Source of the DNA: Vicugna vicugna
Taxonomy: Eukaryota
Direction: 5' to 3'
Assembly (NCBI GenBank): GCA_013265495.1
Contig: MU061579.1
Coordinates: forward strand, 3,469,319 to 3,533,318
Length of the DNA: 64,000 nt
A program made the position numbers and the translations under genes. Positions 14,044-25,727 of this stretch are shown here, in pieces. Position 1 is the first letter of the stretch. Each line of letters starts with the position of its first letter. Below the pieces are notes generated by a model. It was given only the letters and a program-made list of their open reading frames with translations. It had not been told where the DNA came from and did not search any database.

Positions 14044-14245
14044 CAGAATATTCTGTGATGATGAGAATGTTTTTTGTCCACACTTTCCAGTACAGCAGCC
14101 ATGAGCCACATGTGGCTACTAAACATTTATGATGTGGTTGGTGTGACAAAGGGTCTGACTTTTTAAATTTAACTAATTTTACTGATTTTAAATTAAGTAA
14201 TCAATGACCACTGCCATGCTGGTCTCTTTCCATTACAGAGCACAA
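14044..14245. mobile_element. hAT-Charlie MITE (MER3-like)
   Basis: 'ttctgtgatgatgagaatgtt...gagccacatgtggctact...'. Confidence 0.7.
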
Positions 14246-14547
14246 AATGACAGAGTGGCAGCTGGGGTCCCTTCTTCAACAGGCTATAAAGAACTCCAGG
14301 CAACCATGGGTTTGAGCAGAATTGCAACAGGATTGGTGACATCAGAGGTTGGGATGATTTATCATGCAGCTTATTTGTACCCTTTGGACTGTTCATGCCT
14401 AAATCTGTACTACTTCCATCTTTTGATAAATTACTGCCGGTACTTTAGTTTTTGTCACATAGTCGCTTTTTGTCAAAAGGGCAAGTGTTCTATCCTTACC
14501 AGAGCCCAGCATCATGACAGGAATATGTCTTTTAAATTTCTGTGATT

Positions 14548-14939
14548 CTGTGGCATACACAAACAGTGAAATATTATTCAGCCTTAAAAGGGATTTAGTT
14601 TTGACACATGCTACAACATGGATGAACCTTGGAGACATTATGCTAAATACAGTAAGCCAGACACAAAAGGACAAATGTTGCATGATTCCATTTATGTGAA
14701 GTACCAAGTGTAGTCCAAGTCATAAAGATAGCACGTAGGATGGTGGTTTTCAGGGGACGGGAAGAAGTGATAATGGGGAATTATTATTTAATGGGTGCAG
14801 AGTTTCAGTTGGAGAAGGTGAGAAAGTTCTAGAGATGGATTGTGGTAATGGTTTCACAACAAGGTGACTGTACCTATTGCCAATAAACTGTATGGCTAAA
14901 AACGGTGAAAATGGTAAATTTTATGTTATGTATATTATA
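14548..14939 (+). mobile_element. L1MB-like 3' end
   Basis: 'acatgctacaacatggatgaaccttggagacattatgctaa', 'aaagttctagagatggat', 'atggtaaattttatgttatgtata'. Confidence 0.85.
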
Positions 14940-15464
14940 CATATTATTATATTATTATATAATTATATAATATACTATTATATAGTATATTAAATATTAT
15001 GTTATGTATATTATATATAAGAATATTTTAAATGCAAAATAAAAATATCTAGGTGTTTCTCTCTCCGTACCATAGGGTTAACTAATTAAATGGCTGTATG
15101 AGCATTTGAGGGATATCTGGGAGAACGACTGATGAATAATTCTGCCATGACATTGCTGGGAATTTCTTCTAGGGGATCTGTTCTCACTTTTAGTTAGTTG
15201 ATTTTGAAAATACATCCTCAATTAGATTTTATTGTATACATGGAGTAATACCATTTTTAGCTGATCCGAAGGATGCCATTTTGTATTAACAATCTTCAAG
15301 CCTCTCAATGACCAAAATTCCTGGCTGCCACTCCAACTTATATACTCATTATGATAATTGTAACCACTTGCCTTTGTTGGCTAAGAACTGCCACCTGATC
15401 ACTAACCTTTTAGGATTCTTATCTCACTGTCATGAAGGAGTCCACCATTCTAGTTCTTTTGCAT

Positions 15465-15560
15465 GAGTTACTCACACAATCCTTGTGACACATCAGTGAG
15501 GTAATGATGCCGCTCCCCAGTTTTACAGATGAAGACACTGAGGCACAGAGAGTTTGTGTG
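15465..15560 (-). mobile_element. MIR SINE core
   Basis: 'ccccagttttacagatgaagacactgaggcacagagag'. Confidence 0.7.
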
Positions 15561-17429
15561 CCTTTTGTATAATAAAGTAAGTTATTATTGGTCAAGAATA
15601 CGTCCCTGACAAAAATAACCTAATAAATACTCATCAAGATCATTCTAAAGGAAAATTGAGAAATGTATGATATTTCAAGTGGAAGTTTCATTCTTATTTA
15701 AAAAGATGTAACCGATAGGGATCTATTTACATGATTTGTTACTTGACAGTCAAGATGAAATTTTCAAGTAAATACTAAGACTTAAAAGTTAAAAGTGACT
15801 TATTTCCATGAAACAAGCAAAAAATGCCAGAAGGTTATTTTGCTAGTTTATTCTTTTAAAAGTTTTGTTTTACCAAGTAAAAACCTTTTTTACTTTCAGG
15901 TGACAACAGAATGCTAAAAGGCTTTAAAGTAATTGTGAAGAGCAAGAAAGCAACTCACCCAATTGACTCACAGGACTTTACTCAGAGTTAGAACCTCATT
16001 TGTGGTTCACCTTGCTGTTCATCACTGTGCTTTTTACGGTCTGAAATTCCATAAAAAAGAACCTCAGACAATGAATGGAAGATTTGCTTAAGTACAAATG
16101 AACGAATGGTTATGATATAACCAGATATGAGACATACTTAAAGAAATGTCTTAGGAGTCAAATATAAAATAGGTCAAAGCAGCAGCTCCTTCCACGTAGC
16201 AAATCAGTTGTGTGTGTGTGTGTGTGTGCACTTCAATAATTTTTTTACAAACACTCGAAAAACGTGTAACAGATTTTTGCTGTCATATCATAGAAACATT
16301 ACAAATATAAAAAGTGAAAACATCTATCTTGTGTACATAGAAATGTTATGGTCAAAGAGCAAAATATAATGTAATTTTATCTTAATGAGACTTATAAGGA
16401 CAATTAATTTGGGATGTATCACAATCTAGTTACCTATACTCAGTTAAATTTTTGAATAAGTGCTGTCAAACCTCTTAAAATGTATAGTATTTTGTATCTT
16501 GTATATGGAATAGTCTTGTTTGTAAAGTTGAAAAAGAGAACAGAGTGAACCATTTTTAAATGCAAGTGAATTGTTTCATTTACATTTTTATATTGGGTAT
16601 GTTTAAAAAAATCTATTTCCAGTAAACATTGACTTAGGGTATTGATTTAGAATCAAAAATTAAGTTCCTCTTACTGAGCTGATGCATGCACAAAATAAAA
16701 TGCTCTTTCACAGTTATAAAGTTCAGTTTGTGGATAAAGACTTTTTTCTTTATAAACCACAAATTTTTTATGCAGACTAGGTAAAGACAAAATATTGAAT
16801 TGAATGGTCATTGATTTGGGATTTCTAAATATGTCCTAGATTACCATAAAAATTAAGATACTATATACAAATGCTTTGTCTATTGGAGATTGAGTAGATA
16901 TTTTAGGAAGACATAGACAGTAAATGGTAATTTAATCAACTCTCTGGAAATGTGCGTGATCATGTAATAACTTTAAAACTTACAAGGTGGAAGACATTTA
17001 ATGATAAAAAATTAGAGATGGATATACTTTACGATCCACAAAAATGCTATTATATCTCTTATTTATCCTTATCCTCTGACAGCTCCTGAGAATCAATACC
17101 CCAGGTTGTCTTAGGAGTAAGGGTCCAGCAGCTGAAGATATCTTCCAGGCAGCGTGCAACATGTCCCAGGCACAAAGGGAAAATGAACAGAGTGGGTTTA
17201 GCAACTAGCTTGCAATGGCTAACTTGGAGAGTGCATGTTGTAAGAGGTAGTATTTAAGTCTGAAGAGATGCTCAGAAGATAAATTGTGAATGGCCTGATA
17301 ATTCACATAAACAGATTTTTCATTTCCCTGAAGTCAATTAAATTCCTGAGATAATTATAAACTGGCACATAATGTGATCCACACTGCTTTTCTAAATGAA
17401 TGTTTTGGCATGAAGTAAGGGCGGGAGGC

Positions 17430-17500
17430 AGTATACCAAAAATTGATACAGCATTATAAACTGACAATACTTCAATAAAAAGAACAAATCTAAAAAAAAA
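17430..17500 (+). mobile_element. Very short L1 3' terminus
   Basis: 'taccaaaaattgatacagcattataaactgacaatacttcaataaaaa' plus A-rich tail; related to the 56611-56730 terminus. Confidence 0.55.
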
Positions 17501-17614
17501 ACTGGAATTATTAAAATAATTCAGAAGATGATTAAGATGATGATGATAGAAATTAAAAAAATAGCAAATATTGTATGGTCTTATATATGCAAGGCCAAGT
17601 TTTTAAGTATTTTA

Positions 17615-18515
17615 TTTTTTTCTTCCAGTTTTTCTTCCAGTTTTATTGAGATAGACTTGACATAGAGCACCACATAAGTTTAAGATGCACAGTTGAAAGA
17701 TCTGACGTACATACATCATGAAATGATTACCACAGCAAGTTTAGTGATCATTCATAATCTCATAGATATAAAATAAAAAATTGAAAAAATATTTTCCTTG
17801 CAATGAGAACTCAGGATTTACTCCCTTAACTTTCATATGTAACATACAGCACTGTTAATTATATTTATCATATTTTACATTGCATAGCTAGTACTTATTT
17901 ATCTTATAACTTGAAGTTTGTATCTTTTGACTACCTTCATCCAATTTCCCCTCCTCCAAACCCCCACAGCTGGTATCGACAAATCTGGTCTTTTTCCCCT
18001 ATGTTTTCTTGTTTATATGTTTCTTTTTGAAATATAATTGACTTTTAATACTATATTAGTTCCTGGTGTACATGTAGTGATTCTATATTTCTATACATTA
18101 CAAACTAATCACCATGATAACTCCAGTTACCATCTGTCACCATATAATTATTATTATCCAAGTACATTATTATTTTTTGACTATATTCCCCACACTGTAC
18201 ATTTCATACCAATGACTCATTTATTTTGTAACTAGAAGTGTGTACCTTTTACTTCTCCCTCACCTAATTCTCTCACTGCCCTGCCACTCTCCACCCCTCT
18301 GGCATCCATCCACCTGTTCGTTCTCTGTATCTATGACTCTCTGTTTTGCTGTGTTTGTTACTTGTCTTAGTTTTTTAGATTCTGCTTATGAGTTAAATCA
18401 TACAGTATTTGTCTTTCTCTGCCTGACTTATTTCACTTAGCATAATACCCTCTAGGTCCATCCATGTTGTCACAAATGTCAAGGTTTCATTCTTTTTTAT
18501 GACTAATATTCCATT
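17615..18515 (-). mobile_element. L1 3' end with a doubled 3'UTR terminus
   Basis: 'ttttattgagatagacttgacatag' terminus, a second internal terminus at ~18025, then 'tttcacttagcataataccctctaggtccatccatgttgtcacaaatg'. Confidence 0.85.
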
Positions 18516-18829
18516 GACTTGATAGCATACCAGCTTAGCCATCCTCATGATTTGAGTTTTTGGTTCTTTCTGTCACACGTGTACTTTAATCTCTCAACAA
18601 TTCATTTCCCCAGATACATGAAGAGAGAGATGTATCCAGTGATGTGCCTTGAAGGCTTATCTCATTCCAAAACAGAGACCATGTGGCATCCTGCTCTCCA
18701 CCCCCTGCTGTTTTCTTCCTCTCCCTCGGAAGATGGAGTCCTCTCTTCTTTAATGAGCAACATATTCCTCCTTCCCTCTCTGTATCCATGATTAGCTAAT
18801 ACCATGTTCTTACTTGAAGAAAAAAAAGA

Positions 18830-20090
18830 GGAAATCATCTTCAATGAACGGTGTTAGAAAAACTGGACAGCCACATGCAAAAGAATGAAACTGGACCTCT
18901 ATCTTACACCATACTCAAAAATGCACTCAAAATGGACTAAAGACTTGAACATAAGGCCTTAATTTTTAAATTTCCTGCAAAAAAGTAGGTGGTAGGCTCC
19001 TTGACACTGGTCTTGGCAATGATTTTGAGGAATTGATACCTAACGGCAGACAAAACAAAAAAAAATGAGACTGCATCAAATTAAAAAGCTTCTGCTTAGC
19101 AGGATAAATCATCAACAAAGTGAAAAAGCAACCTATGAAATGGGAGAAAAATTTTGCATGGTATACATCTGACATGGGGTTAATATCCAAAATATATAAA
19201 AAACTCATTCAAGTCAATAGCAAAACAACAATAACAAGAACCTGATTTTAAAAATGGGCAGAGGATCTGAATATACAAAGAAGATGCCCAACAGGTACAT
19301 GAAAACATTCTCAACATTATTAATTATTATGGAAATGCAAATCGCAGCCACAAGAGATATTACCTCACACCTGGTAGAATGACTGTTATCGAAAGATAAG
19401 AAATGACAAGTGTTGGTGAGAATATAGAGAAAAGGGAACCGTTGTGCACTCTTGGTGGGAATATAAATTAATGCAGCTACTGTGGAAAACAGCATGGAGG
19501 TTCCCCCCAAAACTAAAACTACCATATAACCTAGCAATTCCACTCCTGGGCATTTATCTGAAGGAAACAAAAATACTAACACGAAAAAATGCACTCCCAT
19601 GTTCATTGCTGCCTTATTTACAATAGCCAAGACATAGAAAGAACCTAAATGTCCAACAATGGATAAATGGATAAAGAAGATGTGGTATACAGATTCAAAG
19701 GAATTTTATTTATCTATAAAAAAGAATGAAATCTTGCCATTCCCAACAACCTGGATGGATCTTGAGGGCACTATGCTAAATGAAAGAAGTCAGACAGAGA
19801 AAGACAAATATTGTATGATCTCTAAAGCCAAAACAAAAAAACATAAATCAGGAGCTTTATGGATACAGAGAACAGATTGGTGATTGCCAGAGGTATGGGG
19901 TAGGGAGTAGGTGAAGTGGGTAAAGAGGTCATAAAGTACAAATTTCCAATTATACAATAGAATTAGTCATGGGGGTTTAAAGTACAGCATGGTGACTATA
20001 ATAAATCATACTGTATTGCTTACTTGAAAGTTGCTAAGAATGTAAACCTTTAAGTTCTTATTATAAGAAAAATATTCGTAAAAATGATGT
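18830..20090 (+). mobile_element. 5'-truncated L1 (ORF2 C-terminus and 3'UTR)
   Basis: ORF2-like peptides such as HSWWEYKLMQLLWKTAWRF; 'gcaaaagaatgaaactggacc'; poly(A) end not evident. Confidence 0.9.
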
Positions 20091-20727
20091 TATTCTATAG
20101 ATGGGTTTATAACAAAGCAGGGGTGGGGCATGCTTGTTATTATACTACTAATTGCTCCTATATATCCTCCTTGTGCACTCAACAGATTATAATATGATGC
20201 AGATTCATCGTTTGGAATTAAACATTGTGTTACCATCCCCAAAAGAGAGAAAAAGAAAAAAGAAAGAGGAAGCATTGCTCGTAGGGCTGCTTGTTTTTCC
20301 AAAGAATAATCACCTTGTTGATTTGGGGGGGGGGCTGTCTTTTATACTGGCCTCATTTAGGAAGATTTGGATAGGATAATATGAGAAGCCAGAAAAGAAG
20401 CCATAAGGAAACCTTTCCTGGATACCCAGTGTTTGGAGGTTGAATGTTTCTTAGAGTGATGCTGAAGGCTAGAGTCAGTTCTTGTACCACGTCTGTGCTG
20501 GTATATTCCTTGATCCTTTTAATACTGTATCATAATATGTCCTTTCTTTCTGCTAGGCATCTACTTTATGTGTTGTAATTCCAGAGAAAATGGAAGGAAA
20601 ATAAATACTGAGGGATCAACATATTTGCTTTATTTATTTGAATGATACCATTTCCTCCTTGTCCAAGGCCAATTATGAATAAACAGTATCTAATTCAGTC
20701 TCTAGAGGAGTTCTAATTCAGTCTTAC

Positions 20728-21035
20728 ACTGAGGGTATCGGAAAGAAATATCATATGGATCAACAATGTAAGCCACATATATAACTTAAAATTTTACAGT
20801 ATTTGTGTTTTTAAAAAAAGATGAAGAGTTTAATGATTTGTTTTAACCTAGCATTTCTAAAATACAATCATGTCAATACATAACCAGTAAAAAGGAACAA
20901 GATATTTTACACTGTTTTTTTTATGCTGAGTTTTCAAAACCGCAGGCATTATACACATTAAGCACACCTCAATTCGGACGAAACACATTTCAAGCGCTCA
21001 ATAGTCAGATGTGGTTTGTGGCTACCATCACAGGA
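20728..21035. mobile_element. hAT-Charlie MITE (MER33-like)
   Basis: 'agcacacctcaattcggacgaaacacatttcaagcgctcaatagtcagatgtggtttgtggctacc'. Confidence 0.75.
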
Positions 21036-21239
21036 ATAGTCCATTCATTTCCCAGCTTTATGTACATGGAGATGGGGGCTCCTAATTGTCCCGTGTGTTA
21101 GTGGGTCTTAGGTTATATCCCCTGCATTATTACCTCAAGTGAATTAAAAAATTGAAATTAATTTCATGCAAATGTCATCTGGGCAGAAGCCATCGTAAGT
21201 ATTCAGTTTTCATCCATGAGTTGTCATATTCACTTGTTT

Positions 21240-21580
21240 TTTTTTTCCAATTTTTAATTTTTATTGTAATGTGTGAACTTTTCCTAAAAGAAAATAAACG
21301 TACAGAAAAGTGAACTAACCCAAAGTGCACAAATCAAAGAATGGTCGCAAAGGAAACACACCTGTGTACCCAGTCCATAGCTCAAAAAAATCAACCAATA
21401 TCAGCATACAAGAAATCACCCTTGGGTCACTTCCCAGATCACAATTTTTCTGCAAAATTAATCACTAGCCTGACTTTTAACACCAAGTATTTGCCTGCTT
21501 GTCAACTTTACGTACATGGAGTTATACAGTAGGCACTCCTTTGTTTCTGCTTTTCTTTCCATTCACCATTTATGTTGGTT
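21240..21580 (-). mobile_element. Old L1 (L1MC/MD/ME-like) 3' end
   Basis: T-run followed by 'tacagaaaagtg...acacacctgtgtaccc', 'cctgacttttaacacc'. Confidence 0.55.
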
Positions 21581-21638
21581 TTATTTGGTTCTTGATTTCT
21601 ATGAATACTTTTCTAAGTTGCCAGGCATTGATACATTT

Positions 21639-22225
21639 TGAAAATGAGCAGAGCAGCCTCTGACAGCCAAGACTGGCCTAGCGGTCAGGGGTTGCTAGGA
21701 GCTAACTGGTCACTCACAGCCGGGGCAGGGTGTTCCGCTGTGGAACATGAACAGTTTCACAGAACACCTTCAGACAAGCGCTCTCCATGATCAAAATGGA
21801 TCCCCAGGAAAACATGTCCATTCTGTAATAATTTATGAAATCAAAAAAAAAAAACCCAAAAAACAAAAACAGAATATATACCAAACCACAAAAATGATCA
21901 AAATCAAATTTCTCTCTGTTCTGGCTAACATAAGAAACTTGCTGCTTCTTTCCAAATTATAGCTCTAGACTTGCCTCATTCCTCCCACCTACTAGATAAG
22001 ATCTATTAAGATGCCAAATCATAAAATTATCTTCATATTCTGACAGCATACAGTTTAGAGCAAAGCCTACTTCCTTGATTCCTCCCCTAAACCACATTCA
22101 AAAGTCAAATCCTGTAAGTACTTCTGTCGCCCCATTACTGAGATGCTTTAGCTTTCCATGATGTGCTTTCTCTTCTGCTCCAACAAGTAGAAAGCAAAAC
22201 AACACAATTTTGTTCAACTACAGAT
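21639..22225 (+). mobile_element. Solo ERV1 LTR (MER90/MER110-like)
   Basis: Starts tgaaaatgagcagagcagcctctgacag; contains 'aacagtttcacagaacac' and 'ttgttcaactacag' near the end. Confidence 0.6.
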
Positions 22226-24284
22226 CATATGAGTAAACTGACAATGGAAAAATTTTGAAATAAAAAAATGTTAAAATGTTAAAAATATAATAAATGAATG
22301 TGTGAAATGCAGTCATTTGATTGTTACCAAATACTTTGGATGCTATGGCCTTCTACCTTATTCTAAAGCTCTTTGTGAATGAATAAAATTAAGTCTTTCA
22401 GAAAATTTTAAAAGTGTACATCACTTTTTGCATCTTCCATTTATATGCTTGTAGATTGTTTTCATTTAGTCATCAAAATCATTACATGCTTTTATGTTTA
22501 GGGCTATCATACAATCAATATTTGGTAAAAAAATGAAAGAAGTCATGAGAAAACTACTGCTTAGATTATTAATGAGAGATGAGCTCCATCATTCATTTTC
22601 TTTTGTTTCATTTCCTCAGACACCAATGACACGTACAATAGGTGATAGGATAGTGACCTGGAAAGAATATTTTTCTCTGTGCAAAAACCATTGTCATATG
22701 TCATATTCAAACCCTTAAACTTTGACATAATTAAAGCCTTTTTAACCAATTTTACCAAAACGATCTGATTTAGATGATCTATTTTTAAAAGGATGTCACC
22801 CATGTATTTATATTCAGGAAGACATGGGCTCTAAATCTCTCTCCTTCTTCACTTGGAAGATGTGCATAGTGACTGTCATCTACTCCACAATTACAGCTCC
22901 TGTATGATTTGCTAGTCAGTAGTGTGAGAAGATCTGCACCCAGACTTGGAACAAATGGACTGTGTGATGAGAGTCCTGGGGAACGTTTAGGATGCTTGTG
23001 CTATTCCAACTGCTGTTCTGGGTTTTCTTTTTCCTGTTTCGAAGACTGGCTGTGACAGTGGCAGAGACAGTCAGTGATTTAAGAGCGAAGGAGAGTGCTG
23101 CTGTTACAGCTGGGGTGTCTGTGATGAATGGAGGCAGAGCAAGCCAGAAGGAAAGAAGATGTGAAATAAGGGAAGAGGGATAGAAGACGACAGATTTAAA
23201 GCCATTCTCTGAAATATCTGCCAGTTTATCCTGTGAGGTAAAATACACAATTTTAATTTTGAGAGATTTTATGGAATGTCATGCTAAATTGGTTTGAATC
23301 GTGGTTTTAAAGATAAATCATTATCTATTTAACAATTACACTAGTTTGAGAGGAGATTCTATTTATTCTTTGTTCTTGGACTTCTTAAAATTTTGATTTT
23401 TGCTGAAATAATGCACAAAATACTGTTTTTAACAAAACATAGTTGAGATATTTAAAAACATTGTAAATGTTTTCTTTATTGCTCAGGTCAATAATATTTT
23501 TGAACCATATTTTGCTTTCATTTGGAAAAACTTAATAAAATGTTGATATGGCCACTGTGACTTTTCTAAAATTTGATTATGTAAGCAATGTACGAAGCAT
23601 ATTTTATATAATCTCTGCAATGGTGGCTGCTGTAAGAAACAAACAAAAAGGTGGATACAATAAACTTTTACTCCATTAAAACTTTTAAATATTGGATCAA
23701 ATCTAACATTTGAATACACACAAAACAATTGATGAACAAAGTCAGTATACAATTTAGGCCAATAGGAAACATCCTTTGGGGATTTTGGTACAATCAGGAA
23801 AAGAAAGACCAGAGTTAAGCACCTTTATTATGGATGGTAAAACACATGGATCATCCAATGGGCCAAGAGGGTAATTAATTAGAAGGATTCCACTTTTTAC
23901 TCTAAGCTGTGTTTACCTAGAATTTCATCATCTCACAGCATCTCTGTAGAGTTGGTGGAACGAATTTCAGAGGATGCAGTTTGCATAAGACATGGAGAAC
24001 TCCCTAAAAAGAAACTCATTCTAGGAAGAAGACCGCAAGACACCTATGCCTGTTCTCAAAGCACTACTGCAGAATGGAGGAAGAGAGACAATTATGAATA
24101 TGGCTAACCTCTTGCCAAGACACCATGGGTTTGTACTTGTAGTTGAAAGGAGAAGAGATCTCCCTGGAAAAAAATAAAGTCTATCATCACAAAAAAATCT
24201 CTGGGGTGCCACAGCATGAATCACTCCAAAAGGTATGTGTAGGCGATCCTCTCTTGCTCCATCACAGAATATAGAGCATTAACA

Positions 24285-24492
24285 AACTACGCAAACTTAG
24301 GCAAAATAGTTGAGCTTTAAGAACCTCAGTTCCCACATGTAAAAAAATAAAAGAAAAGTAACAAATGATAATAATAACAGTGATAGCAATAATAGCATCA
24401 ATTTCATGTTGTTGCTGGGAGATTAAATGTTTAATATTTATAAAGAACTTGGAAGAGTGTTTCACATTTATTAACTATTCACTAAATGCTAA
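24285..24492 (+). mobile_element. MIR SINE
   Basis: 'aacctcagttcccacatgtaaaa...gttgctgggagattaaatg...taaatgctaact'. Confidence 0.6.
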
Positions 24493-25320
24493 CTCCATTG
24501 ATATGCACTTGGAGCTGTTTTATATATATTTCCTGCTTATTTAATTTGATGACAGAGAAATTTTCAATGTAGCCCTGTAACTTAAAATCATTTAAAACTA
24601 AAATTTACCCACAAGCAATATCTATATTTTAGTTTACTTAATGAATATATCTTAAAAACAAATCTAATTAAAAAATAAAATATTTATACATAATCTTGAA
24701 GTTCAATAGTACTAATGAATCTCGACTCTGAAATTACAAAATGTCAAAACTTTTCATGTATTATTTAACATATCAACATAAAATACATAAAATACAGTAG
24801 AAATAACAAAACTTCAATAAATCTCTACATGAGTTTTAAAATCCAAAGCTACGTGGTTTGGTTTGAAAAATAAAATCTCCATTATTCCAGGATTTTAGCC
24901 TAGAAAAACCTCTTGTGGATTTCAATGATCTACAAAAAAGGTTATTCAGATATTCATGGATTCATTCAGGACATGCCAGAAAATCAAGAAGATAATTCTA
25001 TATTTGATCATTTTTGCTATACATATGTATATATTGAAGGAATGCATAACCGCTGGATAATATTTGTAGTAAAGCAAATAAGTAAAGCAAATAAGATTTC
25101 CTTTTTAAAATAACTCATTTAAATAAAGGCTATATAAGGTTAATGTTATCAATGTAGAGATCCATATTAGATTTTATTTTTAAAACATTGGTATTTAAGT
25201 ACTTATTATTTCAATCAATTACATACTTTGACTACTGTAGGCAAGCCACGCTGGAAGGTGAACTGGGAGTATATAAAGATTATTAATAGCTTTAAAATTT
25301 AGAATAGACTAGGAGAAAGT

Positions 25321-25727
25321 TACTATAGGCTGAATTACATCCCTCTAAAATTAATATGTTGAAGCTCTAGTCCCTAGTATCTCAGAATATGTATTTGGAG
25401 ATAAGGTCTTTTAAAGAGGTAGTTAAGTTAAAAATGAAGCCATTAGAATGGACCTCAATACAATCTGACCAGTGTCCTTATAAGAAGAGGAACTTTGGAT
25501 ACACAAAAAAGATACCAGAAATAGGTTTGCACATAGAAAAGACCAGGTAAAGACACAGGGTAAGGAGGCCTTCTGCAAGCCAAGAAGAGATGCTTCAAAA
25601 GAACCCAAACCTGCCAACACCTTGATGTTGGACTTCCAGCCTTCAGAATTCGGGGAAAATAAGTTTCTGTTGCTTAAGTAAGCTAATCCATGATATTTTG
25701 TTACAGCAGCCCTAGCAAATTAATACA
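25321..25727 (+). mobile_element. MaLR solo LTR (MLT1A/B-like)
   Basis: 'gtatttggagataaggtcttt', 'gtgtccttataagaagagga', terminal 'cagccctagcaaattaataca'. Confidence 0.9.

Noticed and set aside
18015..18040. Apparent L1 nested in another L1
   Set aside because: The same junction recurs at ~61400-61440, so it is better explained as a subfamily structure
20689..20725. Short direct repeats (tctaattcagtct x2; also gtagaggaaaccag x2 at ~57472-57512)
   Set aside because: Only two copies each, with no array or spacer structure; ordinary local duplications, not CRISPR-like
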